A DNA stretch of 64,000 nt from an uncultured Phycisphaerales bacterium (GTDB lineage Bacteria; Planctomycetota; Phycisphaerae; Phycisphaerales; SM1A02), in assembly GCA_938084645.1 (NCBI GenBank), contig CALKEP010000004.1:48457-112456 (forward strand), given 5' to 3'. Below the pieces are notes generated by a model. It had not been told where the DNA came from, did not search any database, and worked only from the letters and a program-made list of their open reading frames with translations. Within the stretch, counting starts at the first letter, position 1; each line of letters opens with the position of its first letter. The position numbers and the translations under genes are program-made. Shown piece after piece: positions 8,094 through 17,822 of this stretch.

Positions 8094-10076
8094 TCAGACG
8101 GGATCCGGCTCGAGGTAGGTGTAGCCCGCCAGTCCGGTCTCGAACGCCAGCACCATCTCGCGACTCTCGCGGGCGGTCATCGAACCCCGATGCACCGAGC
8201 CTTCGCACTCCCTGCGAATCGCCCTGGCCAGCAAGGTCGGGTCGTACTGCATGTAAGCGAGCACTTCGCGGACGGTGTCCCCCTCCACGATCTCCTCGAT
8301 CCACCACTTGCCCGAGTCGTCGACCCGGACGTGGGCGACGTGGGTGTCGCCGAAGAGATTGTGCAGGTCACCGAGCGTCTCCTGATAGGCCCCGACCAGG
8401 AACGCGCCGAGGAGATACCGCCTTCCCGCCTCCAGTTCGTGGAGCGGAAGCCATCGCTTCACATCCTCGCGGTCGATGAATCGATCGACCTTGCCGTCGG
8501 AATCGCAGGTGAGATCGGCGAGCGTGCCCCGCCGGGCGGGCGTCTCGTCGAGTCGATGGATCGGCATGATCGGGAACACCTGCTCGATCGCCCAGCAGTC
8601 CGGAAGCGACTGGAACACCGAGAGGTTGCAGAAGTAGACGTCGGTGAGGAGATCGTCGAGTTCCGCGAGTTCCTCGGGAACCGGATCCAACGACGTCGCG
8701 AGTTCCCGGGCCCGGAGCGCCAGCGTCCAGAAGATCCGCTCCACCTCGGCCCGATGTTCGAGCGACATGTAGCCGAGGGTGAAGAGGTTGACCGCCTCGG
8801 CCCGCGCGCTCTCCGCGTCATGCCAGCACTCCAGCAGGTTCTCCGCGTCCATCCGTCGCCAGGCGTCGAAGAGGTCGACGAGCGGACGGGCGGGCTCCTC
8901 GCCGTCCCGACCGCGCAGGCCTTCGAGATCCTCGGGGATTCGATGGGGCTCGAAGCGATTCGCCCCGAGCACGTCGAAGACGAGAACGCTCTGCTGGGCG
9001 ACCATGGCTCGCCCGCTCTCGGTCACGATGTTCGGATGCGGCACGTTCCGTTCGTCGCAGATCGACTGGATGCGGTGCACGACGGTCGAGGCGTACTCCT
9101 CGAGGGAGTAGTTCCGGCTGAACGCGGAGTTGGCCTGGCTGCCGTCGTAGTCGACCCCGAGCCCGCCCCCCACGTCGATGAACTCCACCGAGGCCCCGAG
9201 CCGGTGAAGCTCGGCGTGGATCCGGGTCAGCTCGCCCACCCCGGCCGCGACCTGCCGGATGTCGTTCATCTGGCTTCCCATGTGGCAGTGGAGCAGCTGG
9301 AGGCAGTCGAGCATGCCGCGATCCCGGAGGAGATCCACGGCCTGCAGCACTTCGGCGAGCGTCAGCCCGAACTTGGCCTTCACCCCGCTCGAACTCGCCC
9401 ATCGCCCCGCACCCTGGACGTTGAGATTCACGCGAATCCCGATGCGGGGCCGCACGTCGAAGCGCTCCGCGTGCCGGAGCACGAGTTCGAGTTCCTCGAG
9501 GTTCTCGATGACCGGAACGATCATCCGCCCGAGCTTGGTCGCGAGCATCGCGAACTCGATGTAGCGATCCTCCTTGAAACCGTTGCAGACCACGAGTCGA
9601 TCCGGCTGTTCGACGGTCATCGCGAGCACCGCGAGGAGTTCGGGTTTCGATCCGACCTCGAAGCCGAATCCCATTCCCCCGCTGATGCGGCCGACGTCCT
9701 CGACCACGCTTCGCTGCTGGTTCACCTTGATCGGATAGACCCCGCGGTACGCCCCTCGATAGTCGTGCTGTCGGATCGCGTCATCGAAGGCCTGACGAAG
9801 ATCTCCGAGCACCGTCTCGAGGACGTCGCCGAAGTGCAGCAGCAGCGGCGTGGAGTAGCCGCGTTCTCGCACGCCGTCGACGATCTCCAGGAGATCGACC
9901 TCGCGACCGGCACACCGGTCCGGCCGAACCGTCATGTTGCCGCGCGCATTGATCGCGAAGAAGCCGTCCGCCCAGGACTCGACGGCGAATCGGGCCTCGT
10001 TCTCCTCCACTGGCGAGAGCGCGGTCTGGGGGGCGTCGGTCACCCCCGACGTGATGGTGGACGAGGACTTGGACAA
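8094..10076 (-). CDS. speA: Biosynthetic arginine decarboxylase
   Basis: YPIKVNQ (PLP Lys), EVGSKPEL, CNGFK, DVGGGLGVDYDG, ESGRA, TCDSDG, GAYQETLGDLHNLFG. Probable TTG start at 10076 with GGAGA RBS. Confidence 0.95.
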   Translation of the reverse strand: MSKSSSTITSGVTDAPQTALSPVEENEARFAVESWADGFFAINARGNMTVRPDRCAGREVDLLEIVDGVRERGYSTPLLLHFGDVLETVLGDLRQAFDDAIRQHDYRGAYRGVYPIKVNQQRSVVEDVGRISGGMGFGFEVGSKPELLAVLAMTVEQPDRLVVCNGFKEDRYIEFAMLATKLGRMIVPVIENLEELELVLRHAERFDVRPRIGIRVNLNVQGAGRWASSSGVKAKFGLTLAEVLQAVDLLRDRGMLDCLQLLHCHMGSQMNDIRQVAAGVGELTRIHAELHRLGASVEFIDVGGGLGVDYDGSQANSAFSRNYSLEEYASTVVHRIQSICDERNVPHPNIVTESGRAMVAQQSVLVFDVLGANRFEPHRIPEDLEGLRGRDGEEPARPLVDLFDAWRRMDAENLLECWHDAESARAEAVNLFTLGYMSLEHRAEVERIFWTLALRARELATSLDPVPEELAELDDLLTDVYFCNLSVFQSLPDCWAIEQVFPIMPIHRLDETPARRGTLADLTCDSDGKVDRFIDREDVKRWLPLHELEAGRRYLLGAFLVGAYQETLGDLHNLFGDTHVAHVRVDDSGKWWIEEIVEGDTVREVLAYMQYDPTLLARAIRRECEGSVHRGSMTARESREMVLAFETGLAGYTYLEPDPV

Positions 10077-10134
10077 GGTCGGTCTCCGGTGCCTCGAAGC
10101 GGAGGCGACGAAGTGTACCGTCGGACATGCCGGT

Positions 10135-12099
10135 TCAGTCGCCGGAGGAAGCTTCGTTCCGGAGACTCCGGGCGATGGAGGCTTCGTGGACGGGCATGCT
10201 CGCTCGATCCAGACGATCCTTCGCCGCATGGAAGGCGTCGGGATCCACGGATCGCGGATCCTCCCGGGCCTGGGTGATCAGGGCCTGGAGCTCGACCAGG
10301 CCGGCTTCGACCGATGCCACCACCTCGGTGTCGACGTCCGCGCGAACCCGATCGAGGGCCTCGGTGATCCACTTCACGTCGAGGGCCGCGTTGACCGCGA
10401 GATCGACGACCCGGTGGACCATCATGTCGTCCCGGGCGTGGGTGACGGAATCGGCCTCGATCCGGTCCACCTCGTCGCGGGTCAGACCGTTGCTCGGAAC
10501 CACCTGGACCCGGGCCCGGCGGCCGCTGCGTCGCTCCACCGCGTCGACGCCGAGCACCCCGTTGGCATCGACGTTGAACGCGACCTCGATCTGCGGAATC
10601 CCGGCGGGCATCGGCGGCAGTCCGCGAAGTTCGAATCGAGCGAGACTTCGACAGTCCGCGACCATCTCCCGCTCTCCCTGCACGACGTGCAGGCCGACGT
10701 TCAGCTGGCCGTCCACGCTGGTCGAGAACATCTCGACCGAACGGGTCGGGACCATCGTGTTCCGCACCACCAGTTTGGCGACGGCCCCGCCCGCGGTCTC
10801 GAGGCCGAGACTCAGCGGAATCACGTCGAGCAGGAGCGCGTCCCGTCGGGTGCCGGCGAGGATCGAACCCTGCACCGCGGCACCGAGGGCGATCACGCGA
10901 TCGGGATCCAGGGCCACGTAGGCGGGTCGATCGAACCAGGTCTCGACGGCCTCTCGGATCATCGGCATCCGCGTGGATCCACCGACCAGCACCACCCGGT
11001 CGATCGCGGCACGTTCGAGCCCCGCATCCTTGAGGGCCCGCTCGCACGCGTCCAGCGTTCGATCGACCAGTGGACGAGCGGCGACTTCGAAGTCGGCGCG
11101 GTCGAGTGTTCGATCGAGATCGGGCACCACGCCACCGCCATCGAGCCGGATCCGCGTCGCCGCCGCGTCGCTCAACGCGATCTTGGCCCGGCCGCCGACC
11201 GCCCGGAGCACCGCGAGTCGACGGGCCCGGCGTTCCGGATCGGATTCGGCCATCGCCGCGTCGTGAAGATCCTCGAGCAGAACGCGATCGAAGTCGTCAC
11301 CACCGAGGCGCGTGTCGCCTGCGGTGGCGAGCACCCGAAAGATCGCCTCGCCGTCGGGTGAGGACGGGTCCGCGGGCATGACTTCGAGAACGGTGACGTC
11401 GAAGGTCCCTCCACCGAGGTCATAGACGACGATCGTCTCCGCGTCGCCGCGGCCGCCGATGCCGTAGGCGAGGGCCGCCGCCGTCGGTTCGTTGAGAATC
11501 CGCACCACGTCGATGCCCGCGATCCGGCCCGCATCACGGGTCGCCTGTCGCTGAGCGTCGTCGAAGTACGCGGGAACCGTCACCACCGCCCGACGGACCG
11601 GAACGCCGAGGGCTTCCGACGCCCGATCGCGCAGATGCGCCAGCAGGTCCGCGGAGATCTCCTCGGGACTTCGCATGCGACCGTCGATTTCGATTCCCGA
11701 AAGCCCACGGGCCCCCTCGACCACCCGGTAGGGCGACGCTGCGGCGTCTTCACGACGATCATCGAATCGCCGCCCCATGTAGCGCTTCACGCTGTAGACG
11801 GTTCGCGTCGCATGATCTTCCAGCCCGGCGGCGGCCTCGCGACCGACCGCTTCCACCACGTCGCCTCGATAGCGAACCACCGAAGGCACCAGACCGTTCC
11901 CGTTCTGGGATGATGCCTCGTCCTCGACGAATTCGAGATCCGAACCGAGACTCAGGATCCTCGGACCGGCGGCGTCGGCAAAAGCGACGAGTGAATTCGT
12001 GGTCCCCAGGTCGATTCCGACGATCGGATCGTCCGGAACGCTCGCGCGACCGGCCTCGGTTGCGACCTGCGTCTTCGATGATGGGGAGTCGCCGGACAT
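10135..12099 (-). CDS. Hsp70-family chaperone, HscA-like
   Basis: [45 protein letters not shown] substrate-binding region is more HscA-like than DnaK-like. Confidence 0.88.
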   Translation of the reverse strand: MSGDSPSSKTQVATEAGRASVPDDPIVGIDLGTTNSLVAFADAAGPRILSLGSDLEFVEDEASSQNGNGLVPSVVRYRGDVVEAVGREAAAGLEDHATRTVYSVKRYMGRRFDDRREDAAASPYRVVEGARGLSGIEIDGRMRSPEEISADLLAHLRDRASEALGVPVRRAVVTVPAYFDDAQRQATRDAGRIAGIDVVRILNEPTAAALAYGIGGRGDAETIVVYDLGGGTFDVTVLEVMPADPSSPDGEAIFRVLATAGDTRLGGDDFDRVLLEDLHDAAMAESDPERRARRLAVLRAVGGRAKIALSDAAATRIRLDGGGVVPDLDRTLDRADFEVAARPLVDRTLDACERALKDAGLERAAIDRVVLVGGSTRMPMIREAVETWFDRPAYVALDPDRVIALGAAVQGSILAGTRRDALLLDVIPLSLGLETAGGAVAKLVVRNTMVPTRSVEMFSTSVDGQLNVGLHVVQGEREMVADCRSLARFELRGLPPMPAGIPQIEVAFNVDANGVLGVDAVERRSGRRARVQVVPSNGLTRDEVDRIEADSVTHARDDMMVHRVVDLAVNAALDVKWITEALDRVRADVDTEVVASVEAGLVELQALITQAREDPRSVDPDAFHAAKDRLDRASMPVHEASIARSLRNEASSGD

Positions 12100-12250
12100 T
12101 CCGGGCAGTGTACGAACCGGGCGGACCCCGGGCTCGTCCCCACCCGGATCCGCTCAGGGTTCTTCGCCGGGCCTGACGAGGACGATCCGAATCCCACGCC
12201 CACCTGGGGCCACGGAAGCGCCATCCGCATCGAGGCGACATCGCGTCCGG

Positions 12251-12505
12251 TCAGTCGCCCTTGATCAGTGCCTGGACGTTCTCATCGATCTCATCCGACA
12301 CGTCCGAAACGTCGGCGGCCGTGAACATGATCGGACCGGCGAGCCGGTTCGCGAGGGTCGCGAGGCGATTCCGGATTCGAGTCCGGCTTGCTTCGATTTC
12401 GGCGATGAGCGTCGGGTCGGGCGCCCATTCGGAACTGGTCTCCCCGATCGGATCGACCGGAGGGATCGGAGTCGGCACGGCAGAATTGTTGGAGTTTCTT
12501 GACAC
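12251..12505 (-). CDS. Small helical hypothetical protein overlapping the 3' end of the ECF sigma ORF
   Basis: This frame has mostly G/C third positions (CCG ATC GCC CTC GCG ACC), unlike the overlapping sigma tail. GTG start at 12505 or 12478. Confidence 0.6.
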   Translation of the reverse strand: MSRNSNNSAVPTPIPPVDPIGETSSEWAPDPTLIAEIEASRTRIRNRLATLANRLAGPIMFTAADVSDVSDEIDENVQALIKGD

Positions 12506-13124
12506 CTCGGTACTTCCAATTGTTGATGGTGGAAACGCTCACGCCGAGTGCGACTGCTGCCTGCTCGTAACTCAGTCCTCGACACACGATCAAACGAATT
12601 GCGGCCTGTTCATTGTCCGTCAGGTTTCGCAGGGCTGCTGCAAGCGTCCCGGCGTGGACTCGGGTGATCTCCGAGCTCCCGACACCCCCATCCACACGTC
12701 GATCGGCTCGGACCTCGAACCGACCTTCTTCATCGGCGGCCAGCCGACGCCCGCCCTGGCGGCCCACCGCCTCCAGCATCCGTCGCGAACGCCGTTCCTG
12801 GTGATACCCCTTGCGAACGAGGTTTTCACCCACACGGAAGAGGTAACTCACGGTGATCTCGCGCGTTTCAAGATTTTCGAGACGAAGGAGCCGAAAAAAG
12901 ACCTCCTGAACCACGTCCTCGGCACGCTCCGGCCCGATCAGACGTCGAATGAAGGCCCCGAGCGGTCTGTGATGCTGCTTGTAGAGCGAACGCACCATGG
13001 CCCGCCGGGCCTCCGGAACCGCTGTCGGACCGATGCTGGAGGTGGCGGCGTCAGCCGCCCTCGTGCGAGCTTGCACCGTCTTCGCGGATGCTTCACGATT
13101 CAAGACAAGTGGTTCGGTGTTCAT
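12291..13124 (-). CDS. ECF sigma-70 factor
   Basis: Region 2 AEDVVQEVFFRL; region 4 LTDNEQAAIRLIVCRGLSYEQAAVALGVSVSTINNWKYRG. GGAAGGA RBS before ATG 13124. Confidence 0.85.
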   Translation of the reverse strand: MNTEPLVLNREASAKTVQARTRAADAATSSIGPTAVPEARRAMVRSLYKQHHRPLGAFIRRLIGPERAEDVVQEVFFRLLRLENLETREITVSYLFRVGENLVRKGYHQERRSRRMLEAVGRQGGRRLAADEEGRFEVRADRRVDGGVGSSEITRVHAGTLAAALRNLTDNEQAAIRLIVCRGLSYEQAAVALGVSVSTINNWKYRGVKKLQQFCRADSDPSGRSDRGDQFRMGARPDAHRRNRSKPDSNPESPRDPREPARRSDHVHGRRRFGRVG

Positions 13125-13466
13125 GTGAAACGTGGTCCTTCCCGAATCATCGATGCCGACCTGAGTCGCCTTGCGGGCCACTCGAACGAGAAGGCTCGAC
13201 CGACACCGGATCCGTGGCGGCGACTGTACGCCTGCATCCGGGAGGTTCTCGTCGATCCCGCCCTTTTTCGGGTGAATCGATGGCCCGCGTCGGCGGTGTG
13301 ATTCCTACAACCCTCCCAGGTGGCCCTCAGCCCCGAGAAACAGGCTTCTGGCGATCAAAAAGAGGGTTTCTGACGCTGTTCAGGGCCCGAACAAGCCCAG
13401 ATCCTCGGCCGCGGACGTCCGATGAGGCAGATCTCGCCGAAGCCCTGCGGCAAGATGCCGTCCGGT

Positions 13467-14024
13467 TCACCCGGCCGCGTTGTCGGCCCGAGGAAGCCCG
13501 TCGAGCACCCCCTGGTACCGCTGGGCCCCGATCGCCTGCAGTGCTTCAAGCAGTTCGGTCGTGCCTTGGTCGAAGGTACGGCCATCCGCCTTGATCTCGA
13601 ACTTCCGCCGAACACCCTTGAGTCGAAGGTCGACCTCGAGCAGGCGAGGCCCGCTCGACGTGGTCGGCGGCATGAAGTCCGGGGCAAGCCAGCCGATGTC
13701 CTCGATCACCTTGGTGAGGGTGCGTTGGACGTCCTTCGGAAACGGCAGTTCGATGGGCGTCTCGCCCTCGTGGGCTTCGCGGCCCCCACCGTAGAAGAAA
13801 CGACCGTCCGCCCGCCATTTGTAGAGGGCGTAGCGTTGCTCCTCGCCATCGGCATCGAGCAGAAGGAGCTTGATCGCCTGCTGATTGGTTTCGCTGGGAG
13901 CGGTGTCCGCACCACCGGGCCCGACGCAACCGACAAGCAGCATCGCCGCGCACAGGAACATCGCCCCCTGCAACTCGGGGGTCCGTCGGCCGAGGCATGC
14001 CCTGACAAGGCTCGTGCTTCGCAT
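13467..14024 (-). CDS. Hypothetical lipoprotein
   Basis: Hydrophobic signal ending LLVGC; start shares a base with the upstream stop. Confidence 0.62.
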   Translation of the reverse strand: MRSTSLVRACLGRRTPELQGAMFLCAAMLLVGCVGPGGADTAPSETNQQAIKLLLLDADGEEQRYALYKWRADGRFFYGGGREAHEGETPIELPFPKDVQRTLTKVIEDIGWLAPDFMPPTTSSGPRLLEVDLRLKGVRRKFEIKADGRTFDQGTTELLEALQAIGAQRYQGVLDGLPRADNAAG

Positions 14025-14707
14025 CAGGTGTCTCCCTTCGCGGGATTCCGGTATCGAGCCCAGGGGTCCGGACCGAAGTCGTAGCGTTCGGGGAAATCGA
14101 TCGAGTCGTTCGGCGGATCATCGAAGGCCCAGGCCAGCGCCGCGAGGCGTCGGAGCGCCGATCGCATGCGGGCGTCTTCCATCGCCGCGGCCGCGGCCGG
14201 CGTGGTGTCCGGTGGAATCTCGAACCGGCGGACGATCGCCCAGTCCCGCCCACCACGCTGCAGGGCGAGGATCTGGATGATCTCGTCGTCGGCTGGAACG
14301 AGCCGACCGAGGTTGCCGTCGTAGTCACCGACCACCGGATCGCCGAATCCGAGTTCGTCGAGGCCCCGCCAGAGTTCCTCGAGCTGGGCGCGGTAAAGGT
14401 GCCGAGCCACGCCGGGACGATCATCGACCCGAAGGTCGGCCCCGACATCGGCCCGCAGCACCCCGTCCGGCAGGATGATGGCCCGGGCGGGTCGGAATTG
14501 GACCGGCCAGGCCCCCGGATCCCGCCGGATCCGCCGGCCGAGGTCGTCTCCCACCAGAACCGTCGCATCGATCACCGCGTCCGCCGGAACCGCCCCCTCG
14601 GTCGAGGCCGGTGGCGAACTGCATGCCGCGGCCACCAGCAGCGGGAGGCACGTGGCGAGGAGGCGAAGGCGAAGCGTCGATCGAGATCTCGAACCGGAAA
14701 GCGACAT
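14024..14707 (-). CDS. Hypothetical lipoprotein
   Basis: Basic N-terminus, hydrophobic signal, VAAAC lipobox-like site; TACTTT 6 nt upstream of ATG. Confidence 0.65.
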   Translation of the reverse strand: MSLSGSRSRSTLRLRLLATCLPLLVAAACSSPPASTEGAVPADAVIDATVLVGDDLGRRIRRDPGAWPVQFRPARAIILPDGVLRADVGADLRVDDRPGVARHLYRAQLEELWRGLDELGFGDPVVGDYDGNLGRLVPADDEIIQILALQRGGRDWAIVRRFEIPPDTTPAAAAAMEDARMRSALRRLAALAWAFDDPPNDSIDFPERYDFGPDPWARYRNPAKGDT

Positions 14708-14772
14708 GCATGGAAAGTAGCAGGCCCGTTCGAGGTCCGCCGGGATCCTCGACGGGGTACCCTCCTCGAATC

Positions 14773-16839
14773 ATGCGAACGAGCATCAACTGGCTGAACG
14801 ACTATCTCGACCCCCCCCTGGACGCGGCGACCCAGGCCGACCTCCTCACCGCGGCCGGATTCCCCTTCGACGGGGAGGACATCGCCGAGAACGGCGAACC
14901 GTGGCAGGAGATCGAGACCACGAGCAACCGAGGCGACTGCCTCTGCCACCTCGGCCTCGCCCGGGAGGCGGCCCTGCTCGGCGGTTCCGGTCTCAAGACG
15001 CCTCGGGCGGACCTGCCTTCGGGTGGTCCACCCGTCGCCGACGTCGTCGAGATCCGCAATCTCGACCCCGACCGCTGCCCGCTCTACACCGCGCGGGTGA
15101 TTCGCGGCGTCAAGGTCGGACCGAGTCCGGACTGGCTGCAACGACGCCTCGTCGCGATCGGACTCGTCCCTCGGAACAATCTCGTCGACGCCACGAACTT
15201 CGTCCTCTTCGAGTACGGCCAGCCCACCCACGTCTTCGATCTCGCCACGGTGCGCGGTGATCGGATCGAGATCCGTCCCGCTCGCGACGCCGAGCCCTTC
15301 CTGCCGATCGGCGAGGACGCGAAGCCGATCGAACTCTCGAGCGACGATCTCGTGATCGCGGACGCGGAACGGGCGATCGCGATGGCCGGGGTGAAGGGCG
15401 GCGCCGAGACCGCCGTCTCCGACTCCACCACCGACATCCTCGTCGAAGCCGCGACCTTCGATCCCGTCTCGGTTCGAAACACCGCACGGCGTCATCGAAT
15501 CGCGAGTGACTCGTCCTATCGCTTCGAACGCGGCGTGCATCCGGCCGAGATCGCGGCCGCCTCCGACCGCCTGGTCGGTCTCATCCTCGAACTCGCGGGC
15601 GGCGAACTCTGCGACGGCGTCGTCGCCGACGGCCGTCCGATTCCCGCCCCCCGCGTGGTGACCATGCGACCCGGGCGTTGTCGCGCGGTGCTGGGGATCG
15701 AGATCTCCGACGAGGAGATCCATCGACTCTTCGTGGGCCTCGGCTTCGATCCGCAGGTCGACGGGGATCGCATCGAATGCACGATCCCACCCCGACGCAT
15801 CGATCTCGAGCGTGAAGCGGATCTCGTCGAGGAGATCGCCCGCACCCACGGTCTCGACGCCCTGCCGGTCGCGGAGACGATCCGCATCCGGGCGGTTCCG
15901 CCCCGGCCGACGGACGAAGGTCTCGGCGCGATCCGAGACACCCTCGTCGGCATGGGCTTCCACGAGGCGGTCACGCACACCCTGATCGCCACCGACGCCG
16001 CGGCCGCGTTCCTCGAGACCGGACGAGGCGTGCTCGAGGTCGAAGACGACCGGGCGGGCGGCGAACCCGTGCTTCGTCCGAGCCTCCTTCCCAGCCTGCT
16101 CCGGGTCGCGGCGCACAACCACGACCTCGGCACCACCGAAGTGAGGCTGTTCGAGACGGCCTCGGTGTTCGATCAGCACGAGGGCGTGCATCGGGAACGC
16201 CGACTCCTCGGCCTGGTGGTCGATCCACCGTCCGGCATCGACGCCCGGGACCGCACCGGCGAGGGGCAGGCGGCATTCGCGGTGCTCCGGACCGTCGTCG
16301 ATCGCATCGCCCGAATCGTCGGTACCGACCGGGTCGAGGTCGATCCCGGCATCGAAGTGGCGGGATGCGAAGCCTCCGCCGCCATCCGTTTCGATGGGCG
16401 GGTCGTCGGTTCGATCGGCGTGGTGGACGCGAGGACCGCGGCACGCTTCGGTCACGACCGCCCCGTCGTCGCCGCGGAGATCGAACTCGCGCCCGGGGGA
16501 ATCGCCGACGCCCTCGCGACCTGGCCGCCCGAGAGCGTCGCGGAGACGCTGCCCGCGTTTCCGGCCATCGATCGGGACCTCACGGTCCTCGTCGAGGAGG
16601 CGGTGCGGTGGGCGGACATCGAGGCCGCGATCGATTCGAACCGTCCGGCATCGCTCGAGGCGATCGAATTCGTCACCGTGTTCCGTGGTCGCAGCCTTCC
16701 GGCCGGCCGGAAGGCGGTCACCCTGCGACTGCGATTCCGCGTGACCGATCGAACGCTTCGCCACGACGAGATCGATCCGGAGATCGCGACGATCACCACG
16801 TCCCTCGCCAGCGGGGTCGGAGGCGAGATCCGCCAATGA
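14773..16839 (+). CDS. pheT: Phenylalanine--tRNA ligase beta subunit (short form lacking the B2 OB-fold)
   Basis: MRTSINWL, SNRGDCL, NNLVDATNFV, GQPTHVFD, SSYRFERG, DLVEEIAR, FPAIDRDL anticodon-binding domain. Confidence 0.95.
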   Translation: MRTSINWLNDYLDPPLDAATQADLLTAAGFPFDGEDIAENGEPWQEIETTSNRGDCLCHLGLAREAALLGGSGLKTPRADLPSGGPPVADVVEIRNLDPDRCPLYTARVIRGVKVGPSPDWLQRRLVAIGLVPRNNLVDATNFVLFEYGQPTHVFDLATVRGDRIEIRPARDAEPFLPIGEDAKPIELSSDDLVIADAERAIAMAGVKGGAETAVSDSTTDILVEAATFDPVSVRNTARRHRIASDSSYRFERGVHPAEIAAASDRLVGLILELAGGELCDGVVADGRPIPAPRVVTMRPGRCRAVLGIEISDEEIHRLFVGLGFDPQVDGDRIECTIPPRRIDLEREADLVEEIARTHGLDALPVAETIRIRAVPPRPTDEGLGAIRDTLVGMGFHEAVTHTLIATDAAAAFLETGRGVLEVEDDRAGGEPVLRPSLLPSLLRVAAHNHDLGTTEVRLFETASVFDQHEGVHRERRLLGLVVDPPSGIDARDRTGEGQAAFAVLRTVVDRIARIVGTDRVEVDPGIEVAGCEASAAIRFDGRVVGSIGVVDARTAARFGHDRPVVAAEIELAPGGIADALATWPPESVAETLPAFPAIDRDLTVLVEEAVRWADIEAAIDSNRPASLEAIEFVTVFRGRSLPAGRKAVTLRLRFRVTDRTLRHDEIDPEIATITTSLASGVGGEIRQ

Positions 16840-17495
16840 ACGAATCCTCCGCCCACTTCGCCGATGCGACGCTCGGCGCATTCACCGAAGCGCTCGCATC
16901 CCGACGATCGGTTCCGGGCGGCGGCGCCGCGGCGGGTTCGATGCTCGCACACGCCGCCGGGCTGGCGGAGATGGTGATCGCGTTCAGCCACGGCAAGAAG
17001 AAGTTCGCCGACTTCGAATCGACGCTCGCCGAGGCGGCGGGCCGACTCCGCGGAATCCGCGAGACGGCGCTCGAACTCGCCGACCGGGACGCCCACGCCT
17101 TCGAGTCCCTCTCGGCGCTCTGGCCGCTCGAGGCCGACGATCCCCGACGTCTCGAAGGGTGGCCCGCGGCGGTCGAGGGCGCGATCGAAGCGCCGCATCG
17201 ACTGGTCATGCACGCGGCGGAGACCGTGGATCTCGCGGCCCGACTGGTCGGCCGCACCAGTCGGCTGCTGCGAAGCGATCTCGCGATCGCCGGTCGCCTC
17301 GCCGCGGTCGCGGCGGAGGCGGGCCGCTGGAACGTCGAGATGAATCTCGACTCCCTCCGCGGGCTCGACCAGGGCGCGGCCCGCGCCCTGGCGATCGAGA
17401 ACGAAGTCGACACGGCGATCGACCACGCCGTGGACACCGCGAATCGAATCGACGAAGCATGTCGCCTCGGTGGCGACCGGCCGATCGTCGACTGA
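16836..17495 (+). CDS. Cyclodeaminase/cyclohydrolase-family (FTCD_C-like) protein
   Basis: LASRRSVPGGGAAA, LADRDAHAF, SDL, NVEMNL; ATGA overlap with pheT. Confidence 0.82.
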   Translation: MNESSAHFADATLGAFTEALASRRSVPGGGAAAGSMLAHAAGLAEMVIAFSHGKKKFADFESTLAEAAGRLRGIRETALELADRDAHAFESLSALWPLEADDPRRLEGWPAAVEGAIEAPHRLVMHAAETVDLAARLVGRTSRLLRSDLAIAGRLAAVAAEAGRWNVEMNLDSLRGLDQGAARALAIENEVDTAIDHAVDTANRIDEACRLGGDRPIVD

Positions 17496-17518
17496 CGGAT
17501 GCCTCCAAGGACGACGCC

Positions 17519-17767
17519 ATGGCGGATTCCCGAGACCGGATCGAAATCGACGGCCTGCACCAGGAAGGGGCTCCGCCACGACGCCCGACGTCGCCTTCGG
17601 GAAGCCGGTTCATCATGGTCTGGTTCAAGTGCTGCCATCGGTACGGTCGTCTGACCCGGAACGCCGCGGAAACCCGGTACGAGGGACGGTGTCCTCGATG
17701 CGGCGGACGGGTCTCCGCCGGGATCGGCGCGGACGGCACCAACCGCAGGATGTTCGAGGCGCGTTGA
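17519..17767 (+). CDS. Small Cys-motif (putative zinc-ribbon) protein
   Basis: FKCCHRYGR...RCPRCG; AAGGA RBS before ATG 17519. Confidence 0.7.
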   Translation: MADSRDRIEIDGLHQEGAPPRRPTSPSGSRFIMVWFKCCHRYGRLTRNAAETRYEGRCPRCGGRVSAGIGADGTNRRMFEAR

Positions 17768-17822
17768 CCGTGCCGCTCGTCGTGCGACCGTCTCCCCCCC
17801 AGCTCGGATAGGGTGTCCGCCG

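Noticed and set aside
8094..10229. ORF-track long starts (speA 10229, pheT 14611, purD 57262, RdgC-like 30761, FG-GAP 21268, phoX 24053)
   Set aside because: They overlap neighbouring genes or add non-homologous N-termini; downstream starts have RBS or -10 support or match family N-termini.
12480..13400. AT-richer ECF sigma region as a horizontally acquired island
   Set aside because: Under 1 kb, with no mobility genes or flanking repeats; the composition shift was judged by eye only.
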